A program made the translations under genes and the position numbers. DNA of 64,000 nucleotides, from positions 248,001-312,000 of the forward strand of contig NIVC01000368.1 in the NCBI GenBank assembly GCA_002269645.1, read 5' to 3'. This document shows, one piece after another, positions 1 to 13,444 of the stretch (its first letter is position 1; each line of letters opens with the position of its first letter). The notes beneath the pieces were generated by a model. That model saw only the letters and a list, made by a program, of their open reading frames with translations. It did no database searches and had not been told where the DNA came from. The DNA comes from Macrostomum lignano. Lineage: Eukaryota.

Positions 1-3000
1 TTGACGACGCTGGCGTTGTTGTTGCTTAGCAACTGAAACCGGTTGCCTAGCAACAGCTGATCGACGAACTCCGCCTCGTCCAGAAACTCCAACTGTAGGC
101 TCGGCTGCTGACAGCATCTGCCGGCACCGGGTGAGGAATGCCAAGGCTGGGTCGTAGTCCGGATCGTCAGAGTTGCTCAGAAAGGCCACAATAACAAAGG
201 AGAGAAACACGGGAACGCTGCCGCAGTAAAAGCGCCAGTCGTATTGCACCTGTGGGTGATTTTTTTGAGAGTGACGGATTTTAAAAGTGTCACTCCTGAT
301 TTTATTGAGAGTGACGGATTTTAGAAGTGTCACTCCTGATTTTATTGAGAGTGACGGATTTTAGAAGTGTCACTCCTGATTTTATTGAGAGTGACGGATT
401 TTAGAAGTGTCACTCCTGATTTTATTGAGAGTGACGGATTTTAGAAGTGTCACTCCTGATTTTATTGAGAGTGACGGATTTTAGAAGTGTCACTCCTGAT
501 TTTATTGAGAGTGACGGATTTTAGAAGTGTCACTCCTGATTTTATTGAGAGTGACGGATTTTAGAAGTGTCACTCCTGATTTTATTGAGAGTGACGGATT
601 TTAGAAGTGTCACTCCTGATTTTATTGAGAGTGACGGATTTTAGAAGTGTCACTCCTGATTTTATTGAGAGTGACGGATTTTAGAAGTGTCACTCCTGAT
701 TTTATTGAGAGTGACGGATTTTAGAAGTGTCACTCCTGATTTTATTGAGAGTGACGGATTTTAGAAGTGTCACTCCTGATTTTATTGAGAGTGACGGATT
801 TTAGAAGTTTCACTCCTGATTTTATTGAGAGTGACGGATTTTAGAAGTGTCACTCCTGATTTTATTGAGAGTGACGGATTTTAGAAGTGTCACTCCTGAT
901 TTTATTGAGAGTGACGGATTTTAGAAGTGTCACTCCTGATTTTATTGAGAGTGACGGATTTTAGAAGTGTCACTCCTGATTTTATTGAGAGTGACAGGTT
1001 TTAGAAGTGTCACTCCTGATTTTATTGAGAGTGACGGGTTTTAGAATTGTCACTCCTGATTTTATTGAGTGACAGGTTTTAGAAATTGTCACTCCTGATT
1101 TTATTGAGAGTGACGGGTTTTAGAATTGTCACTCCTGATTTTATTGAGTGACGGGTTTTAGAAGTGTCACTCCTGATTTTATTGAGAGTGACGGGTTTTA
1201 GAAGTGTCACTCCTGATTTTATTGAGAGTGACAGGTTTTAGAAGTGTCACTCCTGATTTTATTGAGAGTGACAGGTTTTAGAAGTGTCACTCTTGATTTT
1301 ATTGAGAGTGTCGGGTTTTAGAAATTGTCACTCCTGATTTTATTGAGAGTGACGGATTTTAGAAGTGTCACTCCTGATTTTATTGAGAGTGACAGGTTTT
1401 AGAAGTGTCACTCCTGATTTTATTGAGAGTGACGGATTTTAGAAGTGTCACTCCTGATTTTATTGAGTGACAGGTTTTAGAAGTGTCACTCCTGATTTTT
1501 TTGAGAGTGACGGATTTTAGAAGTGTCACTCCTGATTTTTTTGAGAGTGACGGATTTTAGAAGTGTCACTCCTGATTTTATTGAGTGACAGGTTTTAGAA
1601 GTGTCACTCCTGATTTTATTGAGAGTGACAGGTTTTAGAAGTGTCACTCCTGATTTTATTGAGTGACAGGTTTTAGAAATTGTCACTCCTGATTTTATTG
1701 AGAGTGACGGGTTTTAGAAGTGTCACTCCTGATTTTATTGAGAGTGACAGGTTTTAGAAGTGTCACTCCTGATTTTTTTGAGAGTGACGGATTTTAGAAG
1801 TGTCACTCCTGATTTTATTGAGAGTGACGGATTTTAGAAGTGTCACTCCTGATTTTTTTGAGAGTGACGGATTTTAGAAGTGTCACTCCTGATTTTATTG
1901 AGTGACAGGTTTTAGAAGTGTCACTCCTGATTTTATTGAGAGTGACGGGTTTTAAAGGTGTCACTCCTGATTTTTTTGAGAGTGACGGATTTTAGAAGTG
2001 TCACTCCTGATTTTATTGAGTGACAGGTTTTAGAAGTGTCACTCCTGATTTTATTGAGAGTGACGGGTTTTAGAAGTGTCACTCCTGATTTTATTGAGAG
2101 TGACGGATTTTAGAAGTGTCACTCCTGATTTTATTGAGAGTGACGGATTTTAGAAGTGTCACTCCTGATTTTATTGAGAGTGACAGGTTTTAGAAGTGTC
2201 ACTCCTGATTTTATTGAGAGTGACAGGTTTTAGAAGTGTCACTCCTGATTTTATTGAGAGTGACAGGTTTTAGAAGTGTCACTCCTGATTTTATTGAGAG
2301 TGACGGATTTTAGAAGTGTCACTCCTGATTTTATTGAGAGTGACAGGTTTTAGAAGTGTCACTCCTGATTTTATTGAGAGTGACGGATTTTAGAAGTGTC
2401 ACTCCTGATTTTATTGAGAGTGACAGGTTTTAGAAGTGTCACTCCTGATTTTATTGAGAGTGACAGGTTTTAGAAGTGTCACTCCTGATTTTATTGAGTG
2501 ACAGGTTTTAGAAGTGTCACTCCTGATTTTATTGAGAGTGACGGGTTTTAGAAGTGTCACTCCGGATTTTATTGAGAGTGACGGATTTTAGAAGTGTCAC
2601 TCCTGATTTTATTGAGAGTGACAGGTTTTAGAAGTGTCACTCCTGATTTTATTGAGAGTGACAGGTTTTAGAAGTGTCACTCCTGATTTTATTGAGAGTG
2701 ACAGGTTTTAGAAGTGTCACTCCTGATTTTATTGAGAGTGACGGGTTTTAGAAATTGTCACTCCTGATTTTATTGAGAGTGACGGATTTTAGAAGTGTCA
2801 CTCCTAATTTCATGGAGAGTGACAGGTTTAGAAATTGTCACTCCTGATTTTATGGAGAATGACAGGTTTAGAAATTGTCACTCCTGATTTTATGGAGAAT
2901 GACAGGTTTAGAAATTGTCACTCCTGATTTCATGGAGAGTGACAGGTTTAGAAATTGTCACTCCTAATTTCATGGAGAATGACAGGTTTAGAAATTGTCA

Positions 3001-6000
3001 CTCCTGATTTCATGGAGAGTGACAGGTTTAGAAATTGTCACTCCTGATTTCATGGAGAGTGACAGGTTTAGAAATTGTCACTCCTGATTTTATGGAGAGT
3101 GACAGGTTTAGAAATTGTCACTCAGCTGATTTCATGGAGAGTGACAGGTTTAGAAATTGTCACTCCTGATTTCATGGAGAGTGACAGGTTTAGAAATTGT
3201 CACTCCTGATTTTATGGAGAGTGACAGGTTTAGAAATTGTCACTCAGCTGATTTCATGGAGAGTGACAGGTTTAGAAATTGTCACTCCTAATTTCATGGA
3301 GAGTGACAGATGTAGAAATTGTCACTCCTGATTTCATGGAGAGTGACAGATGTAGAAATTGTCACTCCTGATTTCATGGAGAGTGACAGATGTACAAATA
3401 GCTACAAAAATCCAACAGAACTCACTTTATCGATAAGGAAGTCCGCAGCCATAGTCAGTGGAATGGTTAAACTAAGAGACAGAGTAGCCAGTAGACTCGT
3501 AGCCAGAAAGCAGCCCCAGAGCCACAACAGCTCAGACAAGGTGGTTCCAACAATCCCATTCAAGGTCAGGAAGCCCCAGTCTGTATTGTTAGGCAAGCGG
3601 AACGATTCCACTTTCGTGTAATGCACCACAAAGAAGCCGGGCCACAGGAGCAGTGCGTTGAACAGACCGACGAAACCTGTGAGAAGTTAATCATTAATAC
3701 GGGATTAACAATTGGACAGGTGTTATCAATCAGAACGACTCGGAACGACGGAACGACTATCAATTAAATCTCACCCCTCTCTCAGTCAGTGTCTCACTAT
3801 CCATCTAATCTCACCCCTCTCTCAGTCAGTGTCTCACTATCCATCTAATCTCACCCCTCTCTCAGTCAGTGTCTCACTATCCATCTAATCTCACCCCTCT
3901 CTCAGTCAGTGTCTCACTATCCATCTAATCTCACCCCTCTCTCAGTCAGTGTCTCACTATCCATCTAATCTCACCCCTCTCTCAGTCAGTGTCTCACTAT
4001 CCATCTAATCTCACCCCTCTCTCAGTCAGTGTCTCACTATCCATCTAATCTCACCCCTCTCTCAGTCAGTGTCTCACTATCCATCTAATCTCACCCCTCT
4101 CTCAGTCAGTGTCTCACTATCCATCTAATCTCACCCCTCTCTCAGTCAGTGTCTCACTATCCATCTAATCTCACCCCTCTCTCAGTCAGTGTCTCACTAT
4201 CCATCTAATCTCACCCCTCTCTCAGTCAGTGTCTCACTATCCATCTAATCTCACCCCTCTCTCAGTCAGTGTCTCACTATCCATCTAATCTCACCCCTCT
4301 CTCAGTCAGTGTCTCACTATCCATCTAATCTCACCCCTCTCTCAGTCAGTGTCTCACTATCCATCTAATCTCACCCCTCTCTCAGTCAGTGTCTCACTAT
4401 CCATCTAATCTCACCCCTCTCTCAGTCAGTGTCTCACTATCCATCTAATCTCACCCCTCTCTCAGTCAGTGTCTCACTATCCATCTAATCTCACCCCTCT
4501 CTCAGTCAGTGTCTCACTATCCATCTAATCTCACCCCTCTCTCAGTCAGTGTCTCACTATCCATCTAATCTCACCCCTCTCTCAGTCAGTGTCTCACTAT
4601 CCATCTAATCTCACCCCTCTCTCAGTCAGTGTCTCACTATCCATCTAATCTCACCCCTCTCTCAGTCAGTGTCTCACTATCCATCTAATCTCACCCCTCT
4701 CTCAGTCAGTGTCTCACTATCCATCTAATCTCACCCCTCTCTCAGTCAGTGTCTCACTATCCATCTAATCTCACCCCTCTCTCAGTCAGTGTCTCACTAT
4801 CCATCTAATCTCACCCCTCTCTCAGTCAGTGTCTCACTATCCATCTAATCTCACCCCTCTCTCAGTCAGTGTCTCACTATCCATCTAATCTCACCCCTCT
4901 CTCAGTCAGTGTCTCACTATCCATCTAATCTCACCCCTCTCTCAGTCAGTGTCTCACTATCCATCTAATCTCACCCCTCTCTCAGTCAGTGTCTCACTAT
5001 CCATCTAATCTCACCCCTCTCTCAGTCAGTGTCTCACTATCCATCTAATCTCACCCCTCTCTCAGTCAGTGTCTCACTATCCATCTAATCTCACCCCTCT
5101 CTCAGTCAGTGTCTCACTATCCATCTAATCTCACCCCTCTCTCAGTCAGTGTCTCACTATCCATCTAATCTCACCCCTCTCTCAGTCAGTGTCTCACTAT
5201 CCATCTAATCTCACCCCTCTCTCAGTCAGTGTCTCACTATCCATCTAATCTCACCCCTCTCTCAGTCAGTGTCTCACTATCCATCTAATCTCACCCCTCT
5301 CTCAGTCAGTGTCTCACTATCCATCTAATCTCACCCCTCTCTCAGTCAGTGTCTCACTATCCATCTAATCTCACCCCTCTCTCAGTCAGTGTCTCACTAT
5401 CCATCTAATCTCACCCCTCTCTCAGTCAGTGTCTCACTATACATCTAATCTCACCCCTCTCTCAGTCAGTGTCTCACTATCCATCTAATCCCACCCCTCT
5501 CTCAGTCAGTGTCTCACTATCCATCTAATCTCACCCCTCTCTCAGTCAGTGTCTCACTATCCATCTAATCTCACCCCTCTCTCAGTCAGTGTCTCACTAT
5601 CCATCTAATCTCACCCCTCTCTCAGTCAGTGTCTCACTATCCATCTAATCTCACCCCTCTCTCAGTCAGTGTCTCACTATCCATCTAATCTCACCCCTCT
5701 CTCAGTCAGTGTCTCACTATCCATCTAATCTCACCCCTCTCTCAGTCAGTGTCTCACTATCCATCTAATCTCACCCCTCTCTCAGTCAGTGTCTCACTAT
5801 CCATCTAATCTCACCCCTCTCTCAGTCAGTGTCTCACTATCCATCTAATCTCACCCCTCTCTCAGTCAGTGTCTCACTATCCATCTAATCTCACCCCTCT
5901 CTCAGTCAGTGTCTCACTATCCATCTAATCCCACCCCTCTCTCAGTCAGTGTCTCACTATCCATCTAATCTCACCCCTCTCTCAGTCAGTGTCTCACTAT

Positions 6001-8472
6001 CCATCTAATATCACCCCTCTCTCAGTCAGTATCTCAAACTCTATCTCAAGCCACAGATTCCCCAACCCAATCTCACCAAAAAACATGGGAAACGATAGCG
6101 CAGTCTCCGATCTGGCCTTCCGTTTAAGCATCACCAAATAAATTGCATAGCATAGCGAGCCAAGCAGAGCAAAAGCGGTGCCCCAGGGCACGTGACTGTG
6201 CTGGTGAAACACGGTCAAGTCTGACCAGGAAATCATGGCCACTCCGGCGGAGCACAGCAGTACTGCCAATAGCTTACTAAGCGAAAATTTATCTCTAACA
6301 TCAGACGGGAACATTGATGATAGAATCAGGGTGAAAAGGGAAGACGAAGTTGATACGACGTTGACTACACCGGCTGGACTGCGATTCAGAGCCTCTTGAT
6401 AGCTCCAGTTGCCGAGGAACCAGACTAGGCAGAATAGTAGAGCCAGCTGTTGGGATAGAACGGAATATATTAGTAATTACTCTTTACCCTTTAGAAGCCT
6501 CTGATTGGTTGGCGTCTCAATCTCTACTCTTTAGAGGTCTCTGATTGGTTGGCGTCTTAATCTCTACTCTTTAGAGGTCTCTGGTTGGTTGGCGTCTTAA
6601 TCTCTACCATTTATAGGTCTCTGGTTGATTGGCGTCTCAATCTCTACCCTTTAGAGGTCCCTGATTGGCTGGTGTGTCTTTCTATACCCTGCAGTGGTCT
6701 CTGATTGGCTGGAATATTTAAAACCTGTTTCCCAGAGTATATGACTGGCTATTGTCTCTAAACAAGCTAGCACAGGATTAAGAATCGAGCATAAACCACT
6801 AGAAACCCACTTTAGCAACTTCCATAACAGACAGGGGAGCCAGCCGTCTTCCGGACACGCCATAGAATCTTCCAGTAGGATCTCGACCACTCTCAATCGC
6901 TCTCAAATAAGCCACATAGGATAGCCGGGCCATATTGGCGGCATGAGCGTGACTGTCGCTTAACTGCCTGACCTCGGACAGTCGCGAGAATCGAACGCCT
7001 CTATTGCCACCGCCGCTGGATTGACCGCTGTTACCATGACTACCATCAGCATTTAAATCTGAACTGCTTGGAGATTGAGCACTGTTAGTTGAGTCAGCTT
7101 GAGCTTGAGCATTCGAGCCTAGCAGAGCTGATTGCTCGTCTCTTGGGGTGGCTGCCGTTACTGCAGATGGGAGTATTTAATGATTCGTTATTGTTAGTTT
7201 CTTAAGTAAAATGATGTTTACAAGCGTAAAGCAAAAAAGCATCATGTCTTTTTAAGCCTCCCTTTAAGGCTTAACCCTAACTCATGAATACAAACTATAA
7301 ATGTTTCAGTGTCGTTGACCCTTGGCATCTTAGCAGTGTCCGCACTGTGAGCCTCAGAATTTCAGCAACTCCCTCATGAGTCTTTATGGTTGACATGACG
7401 ATTCTTTTACGGTTCGCGTGACGCTTCTTTTATGCTTGACATGACTCTTCTTACATGACTGACATGACGGTTTCTTTATAGTTGACATGACGATTTTGTC
7501 ATGGCTAACATAACGTTTCTTTTATTTATCTTGTATTTATTAATTTCGTTATGTCTGCCTCAGTTCAAAGCTGGGCTAGCTCTCATCCAATCGACGACAT
7601 AAATTGTAGCACTTGTAATTCAATTCCGACATCAAGTCTGTTAGAGTAAAAGCCACAGGAAGCAGTTATGACGCAATAAATTTCTTAGTCAGTCATTACA
7701 AGTCTCCAATAAAGTTCTGTCATACTGTGTTATAATGGACAAGCAATTTAAGTCCGATTGATCAGAAATCAGAAATTACTCAATGCAGTTGTTCTCGAAA
7801 ATTCTGCTTTACCTCGCCGCAAAAAAGCAAGTTTTCCGAATGTAAAATGCACTTTAGCATTGAGAAATTTTTATCACGGCACACGTACCGTCAAGTTGCA
7901 AAAAGTTTCAAAGGATTGGGTCCCTTTATTTCAAAGGAAAGGAGTGGAGGATGTAAAAAAGCTGCGCAATGATTAGACTTACTAGATCTATCATCTAATT
8001 AAAAAATAACTGAAGGCAAATAGAAGTGTTCAGTAGAACTACGAGTAAATTAGTAAATGGAGTAAAAACGTCAATAAACAACATCAAGTTATAATTAAAA
8101 CTAATGCACACCAACTACACCGATGGATGCTTAGTAAAGTAAAAACTAAAGGATTAAAACACCTATTCAACACTGGCAACTAAAAAAACACACACACACA
8201 GGATGATAAGTTGAATTCAATTGAACATTATACACTAAGAAGCCTATAGCTACAATACCTGTCAAAGTAACCGCAGGTCGAGTCTGATCGCTGTTGATCG
8301 AATGAATTTCTTCTAAAAATTGAAGTACGCAATTTCAAACACAATACTTCTGAATCAATCAATCAATCAATCAATCTATCTATCTACCATCTATCTACAA
8401 TCTATCTATCTGTCTATCTACCATCTATCTACCTATCTATCTACCTACCTATCTATCTATCTATCTATCTAC

Positions 8473-8508
<36 letters not shown>

Positions 8509-8516
8509 TTATCTAT

Positions 8517-8557
<41 letters not shown>

Positions 8558-10824
8558 AGATGATACATCACGAACAATCAACAGAAAGCGCCACTCACTC
8601 AAAGCAGAGCCGGTTCCCTCCTGCTCCGGCCGAGCAGAATCCAAGTCTGAGTTGATGCTCAAACTTGCCACACTCTCAGCGTCGCTGCTCGAGTCAAAAC
8701 GTACCGGCACGTAGCGAGGATCGCTCTGTGATGGCGAAGTTATTTTAGTTCAAACAAAACTCTGAAAGCACTTTTTTAGACCTTTCAAATAATTTCAACA
8801 GATTGTACAGGTCAAGGGTGAGAGTACAATGCCTTGTCATCTACTTAGTTTGTCTTAGAAGTAACAATAACAATTCAAAAACACCAGACGAATTGGATCA
8901 CAATGTGATGCAGCTGTAGTTTGTAATTTTTTTTAATAAGAAACAGTTTCGAAAATTCCATACAAGGTAGTTATCTTAATAGTTTACTCAAATAAGACAA
9001 AGCCGCATTGTACCATTTTTGTAATAAACTATTTAATTTCTAGATGACCATATTTTAGCAGTACCTTACCCATTGAAGCGTATCGCATCTGATGCAGTGC
9101 AATTCTATAATAACAGTGCCGAAATCAATGGTTAACTGATTTCCGTCACAAAAAGAATACAGAAAGTGCAAATTTTAGAAAGCAAGTGTGAGTGTTAGCG
9201 CCGCATTTTAACAAAAAAGACGAAACAGACGGTTTAATGGAGATTCTAGGCCCACTTTAAGGGCGATTTTATTGCCAGTTTAAGGGCGATTCTAGGGCCA
9301 GTTTAAGGCGATTCTAGGGCCAGTTTAAGGCGATTCTAGGGCCAGTTTATGGGCGATTCTATGGCCAGTTTAAGGGGCGGTTCTATGGCCAGTTTAAGGG
9401 CCGATTCTATGGCCAGCTTAAGGGGCGGTTCTATGGCCAGTTTAAGGGGCGATTCTATGGCCAGTTTAAGGGGCGATTCTATGGCCAGTTTAAGGGGCGG
9501 TTCTAGGGCCAGTTTAAGGGCCGATTCTATGGCCAGTTTAAGGGCCGATTCTATGGCCAGTTTTTTAGGGGCGATTCTATGGCCCGTTTAAGGGGCGGTT
9601 CTAGGGCCAGTTTAAGGGGCGATTCTATAGCCAGTTTAAGGGGCGATTCTATAGCCAGTTTAAGGGGCGATTCTAGGGCCAGTTTAAGGGGCGATTCTAG
9701 GGCCAGTTTAAGGCGATTCTAGGGCTAGTTTAAGGCGATTCTATGGCCAGTTTAAGGGGCGGTTCTATGGCCAGTTTAAGGGGCGATTCTAGGGCCAGTT
9801 TAAGGGGCGATTCTATGGCCAGTTTAAGGGGCGATTCTAGGGCCAGTTTAAGGGGAGATTCTATGGCCAGTTTAAGGGGCGATTCTCTGACCAGTTTAAG
9901 GGGCGATTCTATGGCCAGTTTAAGGGGCGATTCTCTGACCAGTTTAAGGGGCGATTCTAGGACCAGTTTAAGGGGCGATTCTAGGGCCAGTTTAAAGGCG
10001 ATTCTAGGACCAGTTTAAGGGGCGATTCTAGGGCCAGTTTAATGGCGATTCTAGGGCCAGTTGAAGAGCGATTCTTTAAGCAGTTTAAGGGCGATTTTAG
10101 GCTATTCCTATTTAAGGGGCGATTCTAGGCTATTTTAAGATTATATTTTAGTATTTAGGGCAATTTTAGAAGATATTATATTTCTATTTCTATTAATAAA
10201 ACCAAAAAATAAAACACAGAGTGCTCAACATTCCAGCATCCTTACCAGCGCAGGTATGCCTTCTTCATCCTCAAATCCATCATCCACATCTTCATCTTCG
10301 CCATCAACAGCAACGCCTTCGTCAACTTCGTCAGCATCTGACGCGTCTTCCTCGTCGCCAACTCTGGTGTACCCGCCGCGACTGTCTCGCTGCCGTCTGC
10401 GCCGATTAAAGCTGGGCCCGCTGCCCCATCCGCCTGCGGCGCCTTTGCTGCACAGGTGTCGCCAATTAGGCAGACAGAGAAAGCCAGTCAAGTACAAAGT
10501 GAACAGCGCAGTTTTGAAAAAGGTAGTAAAAAACGGCTTATTAAAGTGCCGCTGTACGAATATGAATCTGGTCAGCTCAGACGATAAGACCCAGATAATG
10601 ACTACTCCGAGTAGACAGGCGATGCCCACAGCTAGGCGGGTTCTCGGTTGAACAATGTCGGGCAGCTGAAAGCAACAGAACACAGCTTTCTGCTGCTGTT
10701 GCTGCTGCTGAGAAGAACATCGCGAACTTCTATTAGAATTATTTACATTTCTAACTGTTGCCGATGATGTAGCTGGTGCAGAATCCTGGCTCATGACCGC
10801 TGCGAGGTCATTAGGCTCATGCAT
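1..10824 (-). CDS. SLC35F5: Solute carrier family 35 member F5 (EamA/DMT-type transporter); 6 exons visible, last exon runs off the window
   Basis: Exons complement(10246..10824, 8599..8725, 6811..7160, 6077..6446, 3426..3676, <1..249). All junctions are GT-AG and phase-consistent. Motifs [76 protein letters not shown] and [15 protein letters not shown] match the recalled SLC35F5 sequence in order. Confidence 0.93.
21..54. promoter_or_regulatory. Two tandem RFX X-box-like palindromes inside the SLC35F5 last exon
   Basis: GTTGCTTAGCAAC (21-33) and GTTGCCTAGCAAC (42-54). Confidence 0.4.
257..3392. repeat. 40-bp minisatellite (~78 copies) with internal inverted repeat, filling SLC35F5 intron 5
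   Basis: Unit AGAAGTGTCACTCCTGATTTTATTGAGAGTGACGGATTTT containing GTCACTC...GAGTGAC. A second subtype appears from ~2800. Confidence 0.97.
3767..6031. repeat. 40-bp near-perfect minisatellite (~56 copies) in SLC35F5 intron 4
   Basis: Unit AATCTCACCCCTCTCTCAGTCAGTGTCTCACTATCCATCT, with only a few substitutions. Confidence 0.98.
6482..6712. repeat. 40-bp minisatellite (~5-6 copies) in SLC35F5 intron 3
   Basis: Unit CTGATTGGTTGGCGTCTTAATCTCTACTCTTTAGAGGTCT. Confidence 0.9.
8354..8557. repeat. (TCAA)n/(TCTA)n microsatellite
   Basis: Direct reading. Confidence 0.95.
9243..10130. repeat. 24-bp minisatellite, array 1 (SLC35F5 intron 1)
   Basis: Unit GGGGCGATTCTA(G/T)GGCCAGTTTAA; it produces the 8-aa-periodic spurious ORFs. 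Confidence 0.95.
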
Positions 10825-10830
10825 GGATTC

Positions 10831-11690
10831 GGATTCTAATAGCTAATACTCAGGCTACTCAATTAGGATTCTAATAGCTAATACTCAGGCTACTCAATTA
10901 GGATTCTAATAGCTAATACTCAGGCTATTCAATTAGGATTCTAATAGCTAATACTCAGGCTATTTAAGTAGGATTCTAATAGCTAATACTCAGGCTATTC
11001 AATTAGGATTCTAATAGCTAATACTCAGGCTATTTAATTAGGATTCTAATAGCTAATACTCAGGCTATTTAAGTAGGATTCTAATAGCTAATACTCAGGC
11101 TATTCAATTAGGATTCTAATAGCTAATACTCAGGCTATTTAATTAGGATTCTAATAGCTAATACTCAGGCTATTTAATTAGGATTCTAATAGCTAATACT
11201 CAGGCTATTTAATTAGGATTCTAATAGCTAATACTCAGGCTACTTAATTAGGATTCTAATAGCTAATACTCAGGCTACTTAATTAGGATTCTAATAGCTA
11301 ATACTCCGGCTATTTAAGTAGGATTCTAATAGCTAAAACTAAGGCTATTTAAGTAGGATTATAAAAGCTAATAGTCAGGCTATTCAATTAGGATTCTAAT
11401 AGCTAATACTCAGGCTATTCAATTAGGATTCTAATAGCTAATACTCAGGCTATTCAATTAGGATTCTAATAGCTAATACTCAGGCTATTCAATTAGGATT
11501 CTAATGGCGAACACTCAGGCTATTCAATTAGGATTTAAATGGCGAATACTTAGGCTACTCAATTAGGATTCTAATAGCTAATTACTTAGGCTATTTAAGT
11601 AGGATTATAAAAGCTAAGACTCAGGCTATTTAAGTAGGATTCTACTAGCTAATAGTCAGGCTATTTAATTAGGATTCTAATCTAATAGCT
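10831..11690. repeat. 35-bp minisatellite (~24 copies) starting 7 bp upstream of the SLC35F5 ATG
   Basis: Unit GGATTCTAATAGCTAATACTCAGGCTATTCAATTA. Confidence 0.95.
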
Positions 11691-12344
11691 ATTAATTATG
11701 AAAGAATGGACATTAAAGACTTTTAAAGACATTATCCAAGCATTCACTCAGACTAAATATCAAGCATATAACCCTCTATATATTTATTATTTAATAACGT
11801 TTTAACAAAAGAAGCATTATATATTAATTCTATTAGCATATTTTTTAAATTGCACAGTATTTCAAAGTTCACTCACAATCCATAGCACTTTTTAAAGTTG
11901 GTTAAGTGAATAATTTAATTAAATTTGTACAACAAATAGCCAATTGAGAGTAATCAACGCCAGAATTCCTATGAAACATTAGTAGGAAGTATGGAAGACC
12001 CAGCATATACAGTATAATGATGTTATGAAATATATTTATAATTTCACATAAATATTGTCAGTATTAATTTAAATTATTATTATTATTAAGCTACAAACTT
12101 CATGGCACAGGAATTTTGCAATAATAAAATTTATAAAATTTCTTAACACAGTACTATTAACTCAACTCTGAAACCTGTTTTTAAAGATTTACATCATGAC
12201 AATAAACATAAATAAGCAATTGTTTAATAATTTTTGCCAACAATAACACGCTACCAGTGAGTGACTAAAGCAAAAATACAACAATGCACAACATTTAATT
12301 TTATCGTTCATCATAGCTTATTCAATGGAAAGTAAAATTTAAAA

Positions 12345-13355
12345 GGGCCATTTTATGGGCGATTCTAGGGCCAGTTTATGAGGCGATTCTAGGGCCAGTT
12401 TAAGGGGCGATTCTAGGGCCAGTTTATGAGGCGATTCTAGGGCCAGTTTAAGGGGCGATTCTAGGGCCAGTTTATGAGGCGATTCTAGGGCCAGTTTATG
12501 GGCGATTCAAGGGCCAGTTTAAGGGGCGATTCTAGGGCCAGTTTATGAGGCGATTCTAGGGCCAGTTTATGGGCGATTCTATGGACAGTTTATGAGGCGA
12601 TTCTAGGGCCATTTTATGGGCGATTCTAGTTATGGAGCGATTCTATGGCCAGTTTATGAGGCGATTCTAGGGCCAGTGTTTGGTTCGATTCTAGGGCCAG
12701 TGTTTGGTTCGATTCTAGAGCCAGTTTATGGGGCGATTCTATGGCCAGTTTTTGGGGCGATTCTATGGTCAGTTTTTGGGGCGATTCTATGGCCAGTTTT
12801 TGGGGCGATTCTATGGCCAGTTTTTGGGGCGATTCTATGGCCAGTTTTTAGGGGCGATTTTATGGCCAGTTTTTGGGGCGATTCTAGGGCCAGTTTTTGG
12901 GGCGATTCTAGGGCCAGTTTTTAGGGCGATTCTATGGCCAGTTTTTAGGGCGATTCTATGGCCAGTTTTAGGGGCGATTCTAGGGACAGTTTATGGGGCG
13001 ATTCTATGGCCAGTTTTTGGGGCGATTCTAGGGCCAGTTTATGGGGCGATTCTAGAGCCAGTTTTTAGGGGCGATTCTAGGGCCAGTTTATGGGGCGATT
13101 CTAGGGCCAGTTTATGGGGCGATTCTAGAGCCAGTTTATGTGGCGATTCTAGGGCCAGTTTACGGGGCGATTCTAGGGCCAGTTTATGTGGCGATTCTAG
13201 GGCCAGTTTATGGGGCGATTCTAGAGCCAGTTTATGTGGCGATTCTAGGGCTAGTTTATGGGGCGATTCTAGAGCCAGTTTTTAGGGGCGATTGTAGGGC
13301 CAGTTTTGGGGCGATTTTAGGGCCAGTTTATGGGGCGATTCTAGGGCCAGTTTAA
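12345..13355. repeat. 24-bp minisatellite, array 2 (same family and orientation as 9243-10130)
   Basis: Unit GGGGCGATTCTAGGGCCAGTTTA(T/A)x; ends ~90 bp from the EMC8 stop codon. Confidence 0.95.
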
Positions 13356-13444
13356 GTGGTCAATCAATATTTTCACCACTGCTCTATCAATGTGTTAAAA
13401 AAGTGGAAACCAAACGCCAAATTGATAGTCTGTATGCTGGCAGA

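Noticed and set aside
257-3392. CRISPR-like palindromic repeat array
   Set aside because: Units are head-to-tail with no unique spacers, there are no cas genes, and the array lies in a eukaryotic intron.
9349-13355. Periodic ORFs (MASLRGDS.., GAILGPVF..) and similar ORFs at 1486, 8320, 30104-30636, 31071-31825, 46136, 47113-47687, 48566, 52958 and 60877
   Set aside because: They are translations of tandem repeats lying in introns or intergenic DNA.
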